From NCBI GenBank assembly GCA_002413705.1, contig DHXN01000011.1, positions 162 through 64,161 on the forward strand: a stretch of DNA of 64,000 nucleotides, in the 5' to 3' direction. A program made the translations under genes and the position numbers. The stretch is from Candidatus Nomurabacteria bacterium UBA5155 (GTDB taxonomy: Bacteria > Patescibacteriota > Minisyncoccia > Phycocordibacterales > UBA9973). The notes under the pieces are model-generated. The model did no database searches and was not told the origin of the DNA. It saw only the letters and a program-made list of their open reading frames with translations. Each line of letters opens with the position of its first letter. Position 1 is the first letter of the stretch. Shown in pieces: positions 38,994 through 49,184 of this stretch.

Positions 38994-40499
38994 ATGAATA
39001 CTCGTCCTCGAATAAGCACTACTACACATTCCGATCCATATTCCCTCAGTTTATTCGGGCGTAGTATTCATGGCGTGTATGAACATTGCATTGCGGCAAA
39101 ATCTGAAAATGAAGACATTAAACGCCAAGAATTTATTCTGAATGTTATTCTTTGTTGCATTATTCCCTTTCTGATCGCGCTCGACGTTGTCGTTGCCACA
39201 AATACCATCCGAGAAGGTGTGCAGTATCACGGCATTTCATTTTTGAAATTTAGTAGCATTGTATTGGTCGCCATGTACTTGCTGTTACTTTCTCGAAAAG
39301 GATTCTATAGAATAGCTATCTACGTTTTCTTGACATTGTATTTCATTGCAACCACCTACGGAGCAGCACATTGGGGCGTGGAACTTCCCATGGTTGCCAT
39401 CAGTTACACGGTCATGATTGTCATCTCCAGTATATTAGTCTCAACTCGATTTGCTTTTTTGTTCACCACTATTATTTCATTGACCATTGTATTGATAACG
39501 TATTTGCAAATACATAATGTACTTCATCCGATACTGCATTGGAAAATTGCCACTATTCAAAATACAGATTCAATCGAGTTGGCAATCATTTTCTTTTTGG
39601 TAGTGGGCATATCTTGGCTTTCTAATAGAGAAATTGAACGTTCTTTAAAACGTGCCCATGCTTCCGAAAAAGCACTGCTCGAAGAGCGAGATTTATTGGA
39701 AATAAAAGTTGAAGAGCGCACAAGAAAATTGAAAGAAACACAAGGAGATAAAATATCGCAACTCTATAAATTTGCAGAATTCGGTAAACTCTCATCAGGT
39801 ATATTTCATGATCTTATGAATACGTTGAATGTTGTAGTGATCAACGCGACTCGAGTCGAGGACTCTCCTGAGCATTTACCTGAATTTAAAAATTATCTCC
39901 ATAAAACGGTGGCCGCCAGTAAGCGAATGGGTATCTATATCGACAGTGTGCGAAAACAAATTGCTGATAACAATGCTCTTACGGCATTTTCTTTAGAACA
40001 TGAAATCAGTGATGCAATTGATATCTTGCACTATCGTGCTCGTGAAGCGCAGGTGGTTTTCAATCTGCATGCAAAAGATGACATTGTTATCAATGGTAAT
40101 GCATTTAAATTTTATCAAGTTGTGTTAAATCTTTTATCCAATGCAGTAGATGCCTGTGAACACACCGGTCGCCAAAATACCATTAATATAATCATTGCCA
40201 TGGGATCTGATAAAAAGAGTGCCACGCTGATTATTCGAGATAACGGTTGTGGTATTCCCATCTCTAATATCGACACCATCTTCAATCAGTTCTTCACGAC
40301 CAAATCATACGGCAAAGGTATGGGGCTAGGACTCTCTCAAACAAAACAAATAGTTGAACAAGAATTTGACGGTACCATCAAAGTTACTAGTACTGAACAC
40401 AAAGGCAGCACATTTATTATTACTTTCCCATTTATATCTAATGATGCATCAGAAATTCAAGAATCCAAATCAGAAACAAATACAAATAGCATGTCATAA
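38994..40499 (+). CDS. Multi-TM sensor histidine kinase (HisKA + HATPase)
   Basis: About 6 TM helices, IFHDLMNTL H-box, NLLSNAVDA, DNGCGI, FFTTK, GMGLGL. Confidence 0.92.
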   Translation: MNTRPRISTTTHSDPYSLSLFGRSIHGVYEHCIAAKSENEDIKRQEFILNVILCCIIPFLIALDVVVATNTIREGVQYHGISFLKFSSIVLVAMYLLLLSRKGFYRIAIYVFLTLYFIATTYGAAHWGVELPMVAISYTVMIVISSILVSTRFAFLFTTIISLTIVLITYLQIHNVLHPILHWKIATIQNTDSIELAIIFFLVVGISWLSNREIERSLKRAHASEKALLEERDLLEIKVEERTRKLKETQGDKISQLYKFAEFGKLSSGIFHDLMNTLNVVVINATRVEDSPEHLPEFKNYLHKTVAASKRMGIYIDSVRKQIADNNALTAFSLEHEISDAIDILHYRAREAQVVFNLHAKDDIVINGNAFKFYQVVLNLLSNAVDACEHTGRQNTINIIIAMGSDKKSATLIIRDNGCGIPISNIDTIFNQFFTTKSYGKGMGLGLSQTKQIVEQEFDGTIKVTSTEHKGSTFIITFPFISNDASEIQESKSETNTNSMS

Positions 40500-42306
40500 C
40501 GCGCTTCAATTCATAGGATCACAATCAGAGCAGTCAGTATTTTACAACGGCCTTATTGTTGCCGCGCTTAAACATATAGACACTGAAGGAAGTCGCTTTA
40601 TAAAACAAAAAGCTGTAGCGATACTGTTAGCAAAAAAGAGTGTTGCGTGGTCATTTAGCTACGGCGATTCATACCCCGATGATTTGGATGACACTTGTAT
40701 TGCCTTGAATGCTATGTATCAAGTTACTCCGGAAATTATCACCGAAGAAGTCTTGGCATCCATCACCTCGATACTTATCGCAAATGAATATGCAGCCGGT
40801 GGTCCGTATCAAACATGGATACTGCCCGATCACCCGCAACAGTGGCACGATATTGATGTGGTAGTAAATAGCAATATCGCTTTATTTTTATCACAGTTTG
40901 GTATCGTTCTTCCGAAACTGCAAGAATATTTTGATGATCTAATTTTGCAAAAAAAATGTACATCACAGTATTATTATCATGAGATCATTGTTATATATTT
41001 TCTGGCGCGAGCCTATACTGGTGTACACAAAGACCTGCTTATTAGCACTATTTTGCAAAGCCAATCTGTTAACGGCAATTGGGGAAATCCCCTCTTCACC
41101 GCATTGGCAGTTAGTTCGCTCATACAACTTGGCGTACCGGCCGATAGGCTCGATGCTGCCATAGCATATCTGTTAGAAAGTGAAACTGATGGCAGATGGT
41201 CATCTCAGCCATTTTTTATTGAGTCTGTATACAATGATGAAATTACTTACAGCAGTTGTGATGCTCATGTCAGCGCTTGTTGTGTTGAAGCATTGACATT
41301 ATATCTCCGTGAAATGAGGAGAAATCAGCACACCGATAAAAAAATTGATTTAGAACACAAAATGAATACTTTCATCACCGCAGTTCTGCATACATGTCAA
41401 AAAGTTTTTTCGCACACCTCACTTTTATTGCAAACACAATTTTATCATTCATACACATTACTGACAGCAAAAGATCCCACTGATGAAATAACAATGTTAT
41501 CGTATAATTTTACATATGCATTGCGATCCACATTCAGTATCGAAGAACAAACACTTGTTGATTTGGCGGCATTGAATATATTGGGATGGGTTGGATATAG
41601 CACTTATGACGCCATACTCGACGGAGAAAATCAGATCGGCTATTTACCTATGGCAGGCTTGTGCATCCGCACAGTGTCAGATATCACTCATCATCTGATC
41701 AAAAATGATGATGATTACATGTATATTGATCGTATTCTTAGTGGTATTGCCACAAGTACAGCATGGGAATATGAACATTGTAAAATCAACAGCACTCTTC
41801 CTGATTATGGTTCATATGCGTGTTTGGCAGAAAAATCTCTCGGTCATGCATTGGGGCCTATCATTATCTGCTTGCTGTGCGGGCAATATGACCAAGCATA
41901 TGTCGTGGAAAAATTCTTTTTACATTATCTCATCGCGCGACAGCTCAATGACGACGCACATGATTGGGTTGAAGATCTGGAAAATGGATATATCAATAGT
42001 GTAAGCACAGATATTCTCAAAGCTTTCCAGCTACAGAGCGGTCAAACAGAGCTTGATCTTGCAAAACATATGCAATGGTTGCGAGATTATTTTTGGCAGC
42101 ATCACATAGATATTGTCTCCGAAACTATCATCGACCATTGTGCCACTGCTCGAGAACAATTAAAAAAGATCACCATCTTGAGAGATGTGACCTTTTTGGA
42201 ACAATTTCTTGTGCGACTTGAACATTCAGCGTTGCAAGCAGTCAGTGAACGAGACAGCACTAGAATTTTTCTCGCTCATTTCCTGAATACTACTGTGTTG
42301 AGGTAG
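40441..42306 (+). CDS. Fusion of class II terpene cyclase-like domain and ComQ-like isoprenyl transferase domain
   Basis: N-half YPDDLDDT (DxDDT) plus QW-like repeats (QSVNGNWG, ETDGRWS); C-half YDAILD, AEKS, RQLNDDAHDW. Confidence 0.72.
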   Translation: MMHQKFKNPNQKQIQIACHNALQFIGSQSEQSVFYNGLIVAALKHIDTEGSRFIKQKAVAILLAKKSVAWSFSYGDSYPDDLDDTCIALNAMYQVTPEIITEEVLASITSILIANEYAAGGPYQTWILPDHPQQWHDIDVVVNSNIALFLSQFGIVLPKLQEYFDDLILQKKCTSQYYYHEIIVIYFLARAYTGVHKDLLISTILQSQSVNGNWGNPLFTALAVSSLIQLGVPADRLDAAIAYLLESETDGRWSSQPFFIESVYNDEITYSSCDAHVSACCVEALTLYLREMRRNQHTDKKIDLEHKMNTFITAVLHTCQKVFSHTSLLLQTQFYHSYTLLTAKDPTDEITMLSYNFTYALRSTFSIEEQTLVDLAALNILGWVGYSTYDAILDGENQIGYLPMAGLCIRTVSDITHHLIKNDDDYMYIDRILSGIATSTAWEYEHCKINSTLPDYGSYACLAEKSLGHALGPIIICLLCGQYDQAYVVEKFFLHYLIARQLNDDAHDWVEDLENGYINSVSTDILKAFQLQSGQTELDLAKHMQWLRDYFWQHHIDIVSETIIDHCATAREQLKKITILRDVTFLEQFLVRLEHSALQAVSERDSTRIFLAHFLNTTVLR

Positions 42307-42538
42307 TATGAGAACTGTCAGTGGTTGTAGTAGTGGTTTGCTGATAGCTCGTCACCGGAGTAGTGGTGGTATACACATGTGTTGTTCCTGAAATCGGCAT
42401 AGTTTGCTCCACTTGCGTAGTGCCAGTAGTTGTGGGGAAATAATAATAAATACCGTGTGGCAATAAGTACACCACGGCGATAATGATAAGGATGATAATC
42501 ATTACAATAATAAGGGCTCGATTTGTGTGATCATGCAT
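42290..42538 (-). CDS. Small membrane-anchored Thr-rich protein
   Basis: Single TM followed by poly-Thr stretches. Confidence 0.6.
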   Translation of the reverse strand: MHDHTNRALIIVMIIILIIIAVVYLLPHGIYYYFPTTTGTTQVEQTMPISGTTHVYTTTTPVTSYQQTTTTTTDSSHTTSTQ

Positions 42539-42588
42539 ATAATACAGTAAAGCACGTTTTGCGATTTTCGTATATACTATAAATTCAG

Positions 42589-43455
42589 ATGGGAAATAAA
42601 CATCTCAATTTAATTAAAGAAACTTTTTCACACTGGCAGGACAAAGAGGCTTCACGAATGGGAGCAGCTATTTCTTACTATGCGATTTTTTCTATTGCCC
42701 CGTTACTTATCTTACTGATGGCCGTTGGTAGAATTATTTTTGACAGAAATACTACCACGACAACCATTGCTCGTGTACTAAATATAAGTGTTGGAAAAAA
42801 TCTTTCGTCTGTTATCCAAACACTTATTAACAACAGCTACCCTGTTCATACCGGGATCATCACCGCTATTGTCAGTGGTGTTGTCATCATCATCGCCGCA
42901 CTCGGTGTCATTGCTGAACTTAACAATGATCTTGATGAGCTGTGGAAAATTCCTTCGGCTACACAAACGGTTCAAACAACAAGCCAAACAATATGGAATT
43001 TTGTAAAAAACCGACTGATCGCAGTGTTACTGATTTTGTTATTTGGCATATTATTTATTTTTCTTGCGGCATTTGGTGTGTTCACTTCATTCTTTCATTA
43101 TTCATTGCCGGTTTTGCTGCAAAGTGGGTTAGCAATCAATATCCTGAACGGCATCGTTACCCTATTGGGTGGGACATTTTTATTTGCAATTATTTATCGC
43201 ATCTTGCCCGATACCAAGCTTCCTTGGAAAGAGCTAATTTGGGGCGCATTTATAACTTCGATTTTATTTCTGATCGGTAAATACTTAATCAGTTGGTACA
43301 TCGAATCATTTGGTGGCACAGCTGAATATGGTGCAGCAGGTTCACTGGTAGGTTTATTGCTATGGGTATACTACTCCGCACAAGTATTCTTCATTGGCAC
43401 GGCAGGAACATTTGTCTATTCAAAATTGTACGGACATCTTTCTAAAAGAGAATAA
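42589..43455 (+). CDS. YihY/BrkB family membrane protein
   Basis: GAAISYYAIFSIAPLL, YRILP, YGAAGSLVGLLLWVYYSAQ. Confidence 0.92.
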   Translation: MGNKHLNLIKETFSHWQDKEASRMGAAISYYAIFSIAPLLILLMAVGRIIFDRNTTTTTIARVLNISVGKNLSSVIQTLINNSYPVHTGIITAIVSGVVIIIAALGVIAELNNDLDELWKIPSATQTVQTTSQTIWNFVKNRLIAVLLILLFGILFIFLAAFGVFTSFFHYSLPVLLQSGLAINILNGIVTLLGGTFLFAIIYRILPDTKLPWKELIWGAFITSILFLIGKYLISWYIESFGGTAEYGAAGSLVGLLLWVYYSAQVFFIGTAGTFVYSKLYGHLSKRE

Positions 43456-43461
43456 CCGTCA

Positions 43462-45216
43462 TTAGCTGGTGCGTTTTGCGTGCATCAACATATCGACAGC
43501 ATTTGTCAGCGATCCAGCTGGGGTGATAGCACCGCCATTCACAAAAAATATTTCATCAGCATTTTGAATCGTGTTCAAACGATGAGCGATAATGACTTTA
43601 GTGGTTTGTTTTGGCAATTTCTCAATCACCTCTTCAAGCAACCGCTCTGTCACGGTATCAATATTTGCAGTCGCTTCATCCAAAATGATCAGGTCAGGTT
43701 TTCGCAATACGGCACGCATAAATGCGATAAGTTGTCGCTGTCCGAGACTGATACTTTCTCCGTTTTGATTGACTGGAGTTTTTAACCCATTTTCGAATTG
43801 CGCTAACAGGGGTAGCAGCTCTGTTTCTTTCAAGACTTCCACCAGTTGTTCAGATGTTGAGTCTTTATAAAGCGGATTGGAGTAAAAAATATTATCCCCC
43901 AGTGTTCCGGTGAACAAAAACGGTTCTTGTAAAATAAACCCGATCTTTTGCGCGCGCGTGGCAGGATCGAGTGTCCGAATGTCGTTTCCTTCAAATAAAA
44001 TAGTGCCTCCTGTCGGATCATACAGTCGTGCCATCAGTGAAGCAGTTGTTGTTTTACCTCCTCCTGTTGGTCCAACCAACGCATAGGTTTCTCCGGGATT
44101 GAGCGATACAGAAACATCGCGTAATACTTCCTTTCCATCCACATAGGTGAACCCCACCGTTTGAAATGATAAACGTGGCCCTGACAATGAATGTGCGGCA
44201 GATCCTGCGAGTAACGGCATGTCATTTTGCAATGAGACAATGGCCGAAATACGATCCCAACTGGCCATAGCGGTTTGAAATGTTGCCCACAATGATGCCA
44301 TTTGACGCAATGGGTCATAGAGACGATTAGCATAAGTGATATAACTGATCAGAAAACCCAATGTGAAGTCACCGATTAAAATAAGATGGATACCGTACAC
44401 CAACACGATCAGTTGTGCAGCATTGGATGCAAAACTATAAATAGTGACAAAGACATTGTTGGCAATTCCTGCTTTCACTGAGGTAATAAAATTTTTGTAA
44501 TTTGCCGCTTCAAATTTTTCACGGAAATAGTCACGGCGATTAAACGCCACAATCACTTTGAAATTTCCCAAACTTTCTTGAATCTCAGCACTCATACCAC
44601 CGACTTCTTTCAAACTTTTAGCATTTTGTCGCTTCACCCATGGAGACAGCACTTGCGTTAGAAGCAACACGATCACTAGCGGCACAAGCGCTGCCAAACC
44701 AAGACGAAAATTGATAGAAAGAATAAAAACAACCGCGCCAACAATCAAAAAGATATTACCAACGAATTGCATCAATGACTGCGAGAAAAATTGATTGAGA
44801 TTATCAGTATCATTGTTGATACGAGAAATCAAATCACCGGCTTTGTTTTGATTGAAGAATGCAATGGGAAGTTGTTGCAGTTTTTCAAACACAGTGTTGC
44901 GCAACGAGAACAACAAACGCTGTCCAACACCACCCATCGTTTTGGTTTGAATATACGTTGCAATAAATGAACCAATATAAATAAGAAGCACAGTTGCGCT
45001 TGCCACTAACAATCCGTGAACCTGTTTTGTTTCGATATATTTGTTTACCGCTTCACCAATCAACAATGGCGCAACCAATGTCAGCCCGGAGTTTATGATA
45101 ATGGCAGCAAAGGTTATAAATAAACGCTGTCGCTCATACTTCAATAACGGCAGCAATTTTTTAAGCGCCGCAAGCACTGACCCATTTTTCTTTTCTGTGT
45201 TAAGAGTGTAATTCAT
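43462..45216 (-). CDS. Type IV ABC exporter subunit (consensus Walker B)
   Basis: 6-TM domain + GPTGGGKTT, SLGQRQ, LDEATAN, AHRL. Confidence 0.92.
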   Translation of the reverse strand: MNYTLNTEKKNGSVLAALKKLLPLLKYERQRLFITFAAIIINSGLTLVAPLLIGEAVNKYIETKQVHGLLVASATVLLIYIGSFIATYIQTKTMGGVGQRLLFSLRNTVFEKLQQLPIAFFNQNKAGDLISRINNDTDNLNQFFSQSLMQFVGNIFLIVGAVVFILSINFRLGLAALVPLVIVLLLTQVLSPWVKRQNAKSLKEVGGMSAEIQESLGNFKVIVAFNRRDYFREKFEAANYKNFITSVKAGIANNVFVTIYSFASNAAQLIVLVYGIHLILIGDFTLGFLISYITYANRLYDPLRQMASLWATFQTAMASWDRISAIVSLQNDMPLLAGSAAHSLSGPRLSFQTVGFTYVDGKEVLRDVSVSLNPGETYALVGPTGGGKTTTASLMARLYDPTGGTILFEGNDIRTLDPATRAQKIGFILQEPFLFTGTLGDNIFYSNPLYKDSTSEQLVEVLKETELLPLLAQFENGLKTPVNQNGESISLGQRQLIAFMRAVLRKPDLIILDEATANIDTVTERLLEEVIEKLPKQTTKVIIAHRLNTIQNADEIFFVNGGAITPAGSLTNAVDMLMHAKRTS

Positions 45217-46939
45217 ATTTGTCAGTGCTTTGTTGCGATTGATAAATTTGCACGTATTCCGGAGACTGTTCCATCAGTGCTGCATGAGTTCCTTCGGCCA
45301 AGAGTTCTCCTTCCATCATCACGATAATATTGTCGTACTCGGTAATGGAGGAAATTTTTTGCGTAATAGAAATAAGCGTCAGATCCGGATAGTTCTTTCT
45401 GACATTTGCTAAAATACTTTCTTCAGTGCGGGTATCAACGCGTGCAGTGAAGTCATCCAAAAACAGAATACGCGGATTAAGTGCCAGAGCGCGCGCCAAC
45501 ATGATGCGCTGCTTCTGTCCTCCCGACAAACTGGCACCACGTTCTGAAACAACCGTCTCAAGTCCTTGTGGCAATGATGCAATCAACCCTTCAAGTTCTG
45601 CGGTAACAATTGCTTTGTCCAGGTCTGCATCAGTGACAGATGTGCTAAATGCAATATTTTCTCGAACTGTTGTGTTAAAAATTATACTGTCTTGAAACAC
45701 AAACCCTATTTGCGCGTGCAGGCTTTTTTGATCGTATTCTTTTAACGGTATGTCATCAAAAAATACAGTACCGTCAGTTGCAGCCAGCAATCCTGTCATA
45801 ACATACAGCAGTTGAGTTTTCCCGGCCGCAGTTGGTCCAATAATGGCATTTTTAGTGGTAGGTTTAATGTTAAATGACACGTCTTTCACTGCATGTTTTT
45901 CTCCGTACTGAACAGAAATATTTTTTACCGTGATAGCTCCGGTCAGCGGAGTGGTCACTGTGCCATTTTCTGTTGGTACTGGAGCATCAAGCACTTTATA
46001 CAAACGTTGGTATGAAGCATTGGCACGAGCGATGACATTACTCATAAAACCGATAACCAAGATCGGGAAAATAAGAATGGCAATATAACTGTTGAATGCA
46101 GTGAAGCTACCGATGGTCATACCTCCGACAATGACTGACTTTCCGCCGAAATACAACACCAACACAATAGCAACGTTGGCAACAAAACTAATAATTGGAA
46201 TAAGTCCCGCAAAAAAACCGACGATCTTCAAACCATTATCCTTGGCATCAGTGTTCACCTGTAAAAACTTTTCATATTCATGTTGCTGAGAATTCAAGAC
46301 ACGAATCAGTCCCGCACCCAAAATACTTTCATTAATGACATTATTCAGTCGATCGATAATCCCTTGTGTCTTCAAAAATAATGGACGTACTCTGCTCAAT
46401 GTAAAGAAAAATGTTCCACCAATTACTGGAATGATGAGTAAGACGTATAATGCCAAATGCCAATTTAATCCGATCAATAAAATACTTGCTCCGATAATAA
46501 TAAAAATAGAAGAGATGATTGACACCACTGCTTGCGAGACGAAAACTTTGATCGCATCTGCATCAGAAGTGATATTGGTGAGCAACACGGAAGGATTAGC
46601 GGTTTGAATATATGAAAATGCCTGCATTGAAATCTTGCGCATCAATTCCTTGCGAAGATCACGGGCCACTCGTTCCGAAGCATAGGTCTGCACAATATTT
46701 TGGGCATAGGTGAAAATAAAAATGCCGATAGTCGCAATAATAAATGTGATGATAGTGGTGTGGACCACCAGTGTGCCGTTAACAAAATGATCCAACGTGC
46801 TGGCAATAAGTTTTGGGATAAACAACGTAATTGCATTGCTAAATAAGGCTAAAATAATCAGCAAAATAAGCAAACTCCTGTATGGTATCAGGAGTGAAAA
46901 AATACTTGGCTGTTTTTGTGCTTCTGTTTTATTGTTCAT
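45200..46939 (-). CDS. Type IV ABC exporter subunit (degenerate site)
   Basis: TM domain + GPTAAGKT, LSGGQKQR, LDDFT, ITQK. Confidence 0.92.
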   Translation of the reverse strand: MNNKTEAQKQPSIFSLLIPYRSLLILLIILALFSNAITLFIPKLIASTLDHFVNGTLVVHTTIITFIIATIGIFIFTYAQNIVQTYASERVARDLRKELMRKISMQAFSYIQTANPSVLLTNITSDADAIKVFVSQAVVSIISSIFIIIGASILLIGLNWHLALYVLLIIPVIGGTFFFTLSRVRPLFLKTQGIIDRLNNVINESILGAGLIRVLNSQQHEYEKFLQVNTDAKDNGLKIVGFFAGLIPIISFVANVAIVLVLYFGGKSVIVGGMTIGSFTAFNSYIAILIFPILVIGFMSNVIARANASYQRLYKVLDAPVPTENGTVTTPLTGAITVKNISVQYGEKHAVKDVSFNIKPTTKNAIIGPTAAGKTQLLYVMTGLLAATDGTVFFDDIPLKEYDQKSLHAQIGFVFQDSIIFNTTVRENIAFSTSVTDADLDKAIVTAELEGLIASLPQGLETVVSERGASLSGGQKQRIMLARALALNPRILFLDDFTARVDTRTEESILANVRKNYPDLTLISITQKISSITEYDNIIVMMEGELLAEGTHAALMEQSPEYVQIYQSQQSTDKYELHS

Positions 46940-48062
46940 GCTCAAACGCGATAGAAATAGCTTCTGTCGCGATCAATCGCGAAGCGTCCGGTTTATAGAA
47001 TCCTTTTGCTCGCGCGGACATGGCATCATATTGATCTTTGTGTTGAAGGATCAAATCAATTTCACTTTTCAATACTGATGCGGTGAGGTTGGCTTGTTCA
47101 ATGACCACACATGCGCCGGTACGAGCATAGTGATAAGCATTTTTGCGCTGATGGTCTCCATGATACACATCCGAACTGCCGGGAATAATAATAGAAGGTT
47201 TGCCCCAAGCAGCAATTTCATACAACATTGATCCTGCCCGAGAAATAATAATATCAGTTGCACCGCCAAACATTTTTGTTTGCAGATCATTTAAATAAGG
47301 AAACACTTTGTATCGTGTTCGTTTTGTGTCTTGACCCAATAAAACAGCGGCGTCAGTTTTTGTTTCTTCAAATGTTTTTGGCCCTGTTTGGTGAATAATT
47401 TGATACTGTTGCACCAGTTCAGGAAGCAGTGAAGTGATAGTGTCATTGATAATTTTTGCGCCAAGCGACCCGCCAATCACACCAATCACCGGCAATGTTG
47501 GATCAAGTTCAAAAAATTCTTTGGCGCCTTCGGTCGCAACAAACGCAATGGATTTGCGCACTGGCTGACCAGTGAGTGAAATCTTTTTTTCATCAAAAAA
47601 TTCTGCAGCTTCAGGGTATGACAGTGCCACGCGACGGGCAAACTTTCCTGACCACTTATTTACTCTGCCCGGCACAGTGTCAGACTCGTGAATGATGACC
47701 GGTATGCGCAAAATTTTTGCTGCCACCAAGACCGGAAATGCCGCATACCCCCCCTTACTAATAATCACATCGGGGTACAAACTGAATAATTTGAATATCG
47801 CTCCCACTGTGCCAAAAGCGGTTTTAAACATATCAACGAAATTCTGCCATGAAAAATACACGCGAAGTTTGCCGGCGGTGATGGGAATAAAAGTGATAAA
47901 TTGTTCATCAAGCTCTTTTTGATCGTATGGTCTGTCGGCCATATAATACAACTTGAAATTGGCAATTTTTTCCTCATCTGAAATACGGTTCAGTTCTTCA
48001 GCGATGGCAATCAGCGGATAAAAATGCCCTCCTGTTCCCCCACCTATCAGTAAAATCTTCAT
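46929..48062 (-). CDS. murG: MurG glycosyltransferase
   Basis: GGGTGGHFYP, KGGYAA, HESD, GGSLGA, HQRKNA. Confidence 0.93.
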   Translation of the reverse strand: MKILLIGGGTGGHFYPLIAIAEELNRISDEEKIANFKLYYMADRPYDQKELDEQFITFIPITAGKLRVYFSWQNFVDMFKTAFGTVGAIFKLFSLYPDVIISKGGYAAFPVLVAAKILRIPVIIHESDTVPGRVNKWSGKFARRVALSYPEAAEFFDEKKISLTGQPVRKSIAFVATEGAKEFFELDPTLPVIGVIGGSLGAKIINDTITSLLPELVQQYQIIHQTGPKTFEETKTDAAVLLGQDTKRTRYKVFPYLNDLQTKMFGGATDIIISRAGSMLYEIAAWGKPSIIIPGSSDVYHGDHQRKNAYHYARTGACVVIEQANLTASVLKSEIDLILQHKDQYDAMSARAKGFYKPDASRLIATEAISIAFEHEQ

Positions 48063-48074
48063 AATACCTCTATT

Positions 48075-49184
48075 TTACACTTTCTTTTCATATCTTGAAA
48101 CATTTAACACCATACCGGCAGCAAAGAGCGCAATGAAAAGCGAGGTGCCGCCTTGAGAAATAAAGACCAGGGGCACGCCAGTCAGTGGGAAAAGTCCGAC
48201 TAGAGACATCATATTAAGGAAAGATTGAGCCACCAGAATCGTGATGATACCAACAACCAGGTACTGTCCAAACATATCGCGCGACTGCAGCGCAATTTTG
48301 TATCCGCGAATGGCTAAGAAGACATAGAGTACGACAAGTGCTGCGCTGCCGAGAAAACCGAATTCTTCTCCGATCACCGCATAAATTGAGTCACCTTGCG
48401 GCTCTGGCAGATAGTTAAACTTCTGCACACTTTGCCCAAGGCCACGACCAAATATTCCACCACTACCAATCGCAATCAAACCTTGTTGCAGTTGATACGA
48501 TGAACCTTGCGAGTCACTTGATGGGTTGATATACGTTTTGATGCGTTGCATCAGATACGGACGCATCAATGCCAATATGACAATGCCGATCAATCCTATG
48601 CCGATAATACCGAGAATTTTTTTCCATGACACACCAGACACGAACAACATACTGCAGGCTGCGGCAGTGATAAGAATAAGACTTTTTGTATCAGGTTGTA
48701 ATAAAAGTGCTGCTGCCACCATACTCAACATGATGATCAACGGCAACAATTTGTATTTAAATTCTTGCTCTTTCTTGCTAGTCCACGCGAGCCAAGCGGC
48801 AAAATATGTCACAAAGCCGATCTTTAATAATTCTGCCGGCTGAAATGACACATGAAAAACAGAAATCCATCGCCGTGCCCCGCCGTGAGCAAAGCCAAGG
48901 TGCGGTATAAATACTGAAAACGTCAGTCCCAATGTAATGATAAAAATAGCCAACGCATTGTTACGCCAAAAATGATACGGGATTTTCATTGCGAACCACA
49001 AGCCTGCAAGTCCTCCAACAAAACCGAGTACGATCTGACCAAATAACACCGCATAAAATTTTGTCTCGCTTTGCGCCAACACTCCGAGTGATGCTGACAC
49101 AAATGAAAAAATGCCAATCAAAGAGATCAACAACACAATGCCAAAAAAATACGTATCAAATTGTTTTGGTTTAACGGTCGCCAT
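48075..49184 (-). CDS. ftsW: SEDS protein FtsW
   Basis: GARRWI, FQPAELLK, LLQPD, LPEPQGDSI, PLTGVPL, GGTS; between mraY and murG. Confidence 0.9.
   Translation of the reverse strand: MATVKPKQFDTYFFGIVLLISLIGIFSFVSASLGVLAQSETKFYAVLFGQIVLGFVGGLAGLWFAMKIPYHFWRNNALAIFIITLGLTFSVFIPHLGFAHGGARRWISVFHVSFQPAELLKIGFVTYFAAWLAWTSKKEQEFKYKLLPLIIMLSMVAAALLLQPDTKSLILITAAACSMLFVSGVSWKKILGIIGIGLIGIVILALMRPYLMQRIKTYINPSSDSQGSSYQLQQGLIAIGSGGIFGRGLGQSVQKFNYLPEPQGDSIYAVIGEEFGFLGSAALVVLYVFLAIRGYKIALQSRDMFGQYLVVGIITILVAQSFLNMMSLVGLFPLTGVPLVFISQGGTSLFIALFAAGMVLNVSRYEKKV

Noticed and set aside
42290-42538. Thr-rich ORF as a second RiPP precursor or tandem repeat
   Set aside because: Opposite strand, N-terminal TM, no Trp; a low-complexity surface protein is more likely.
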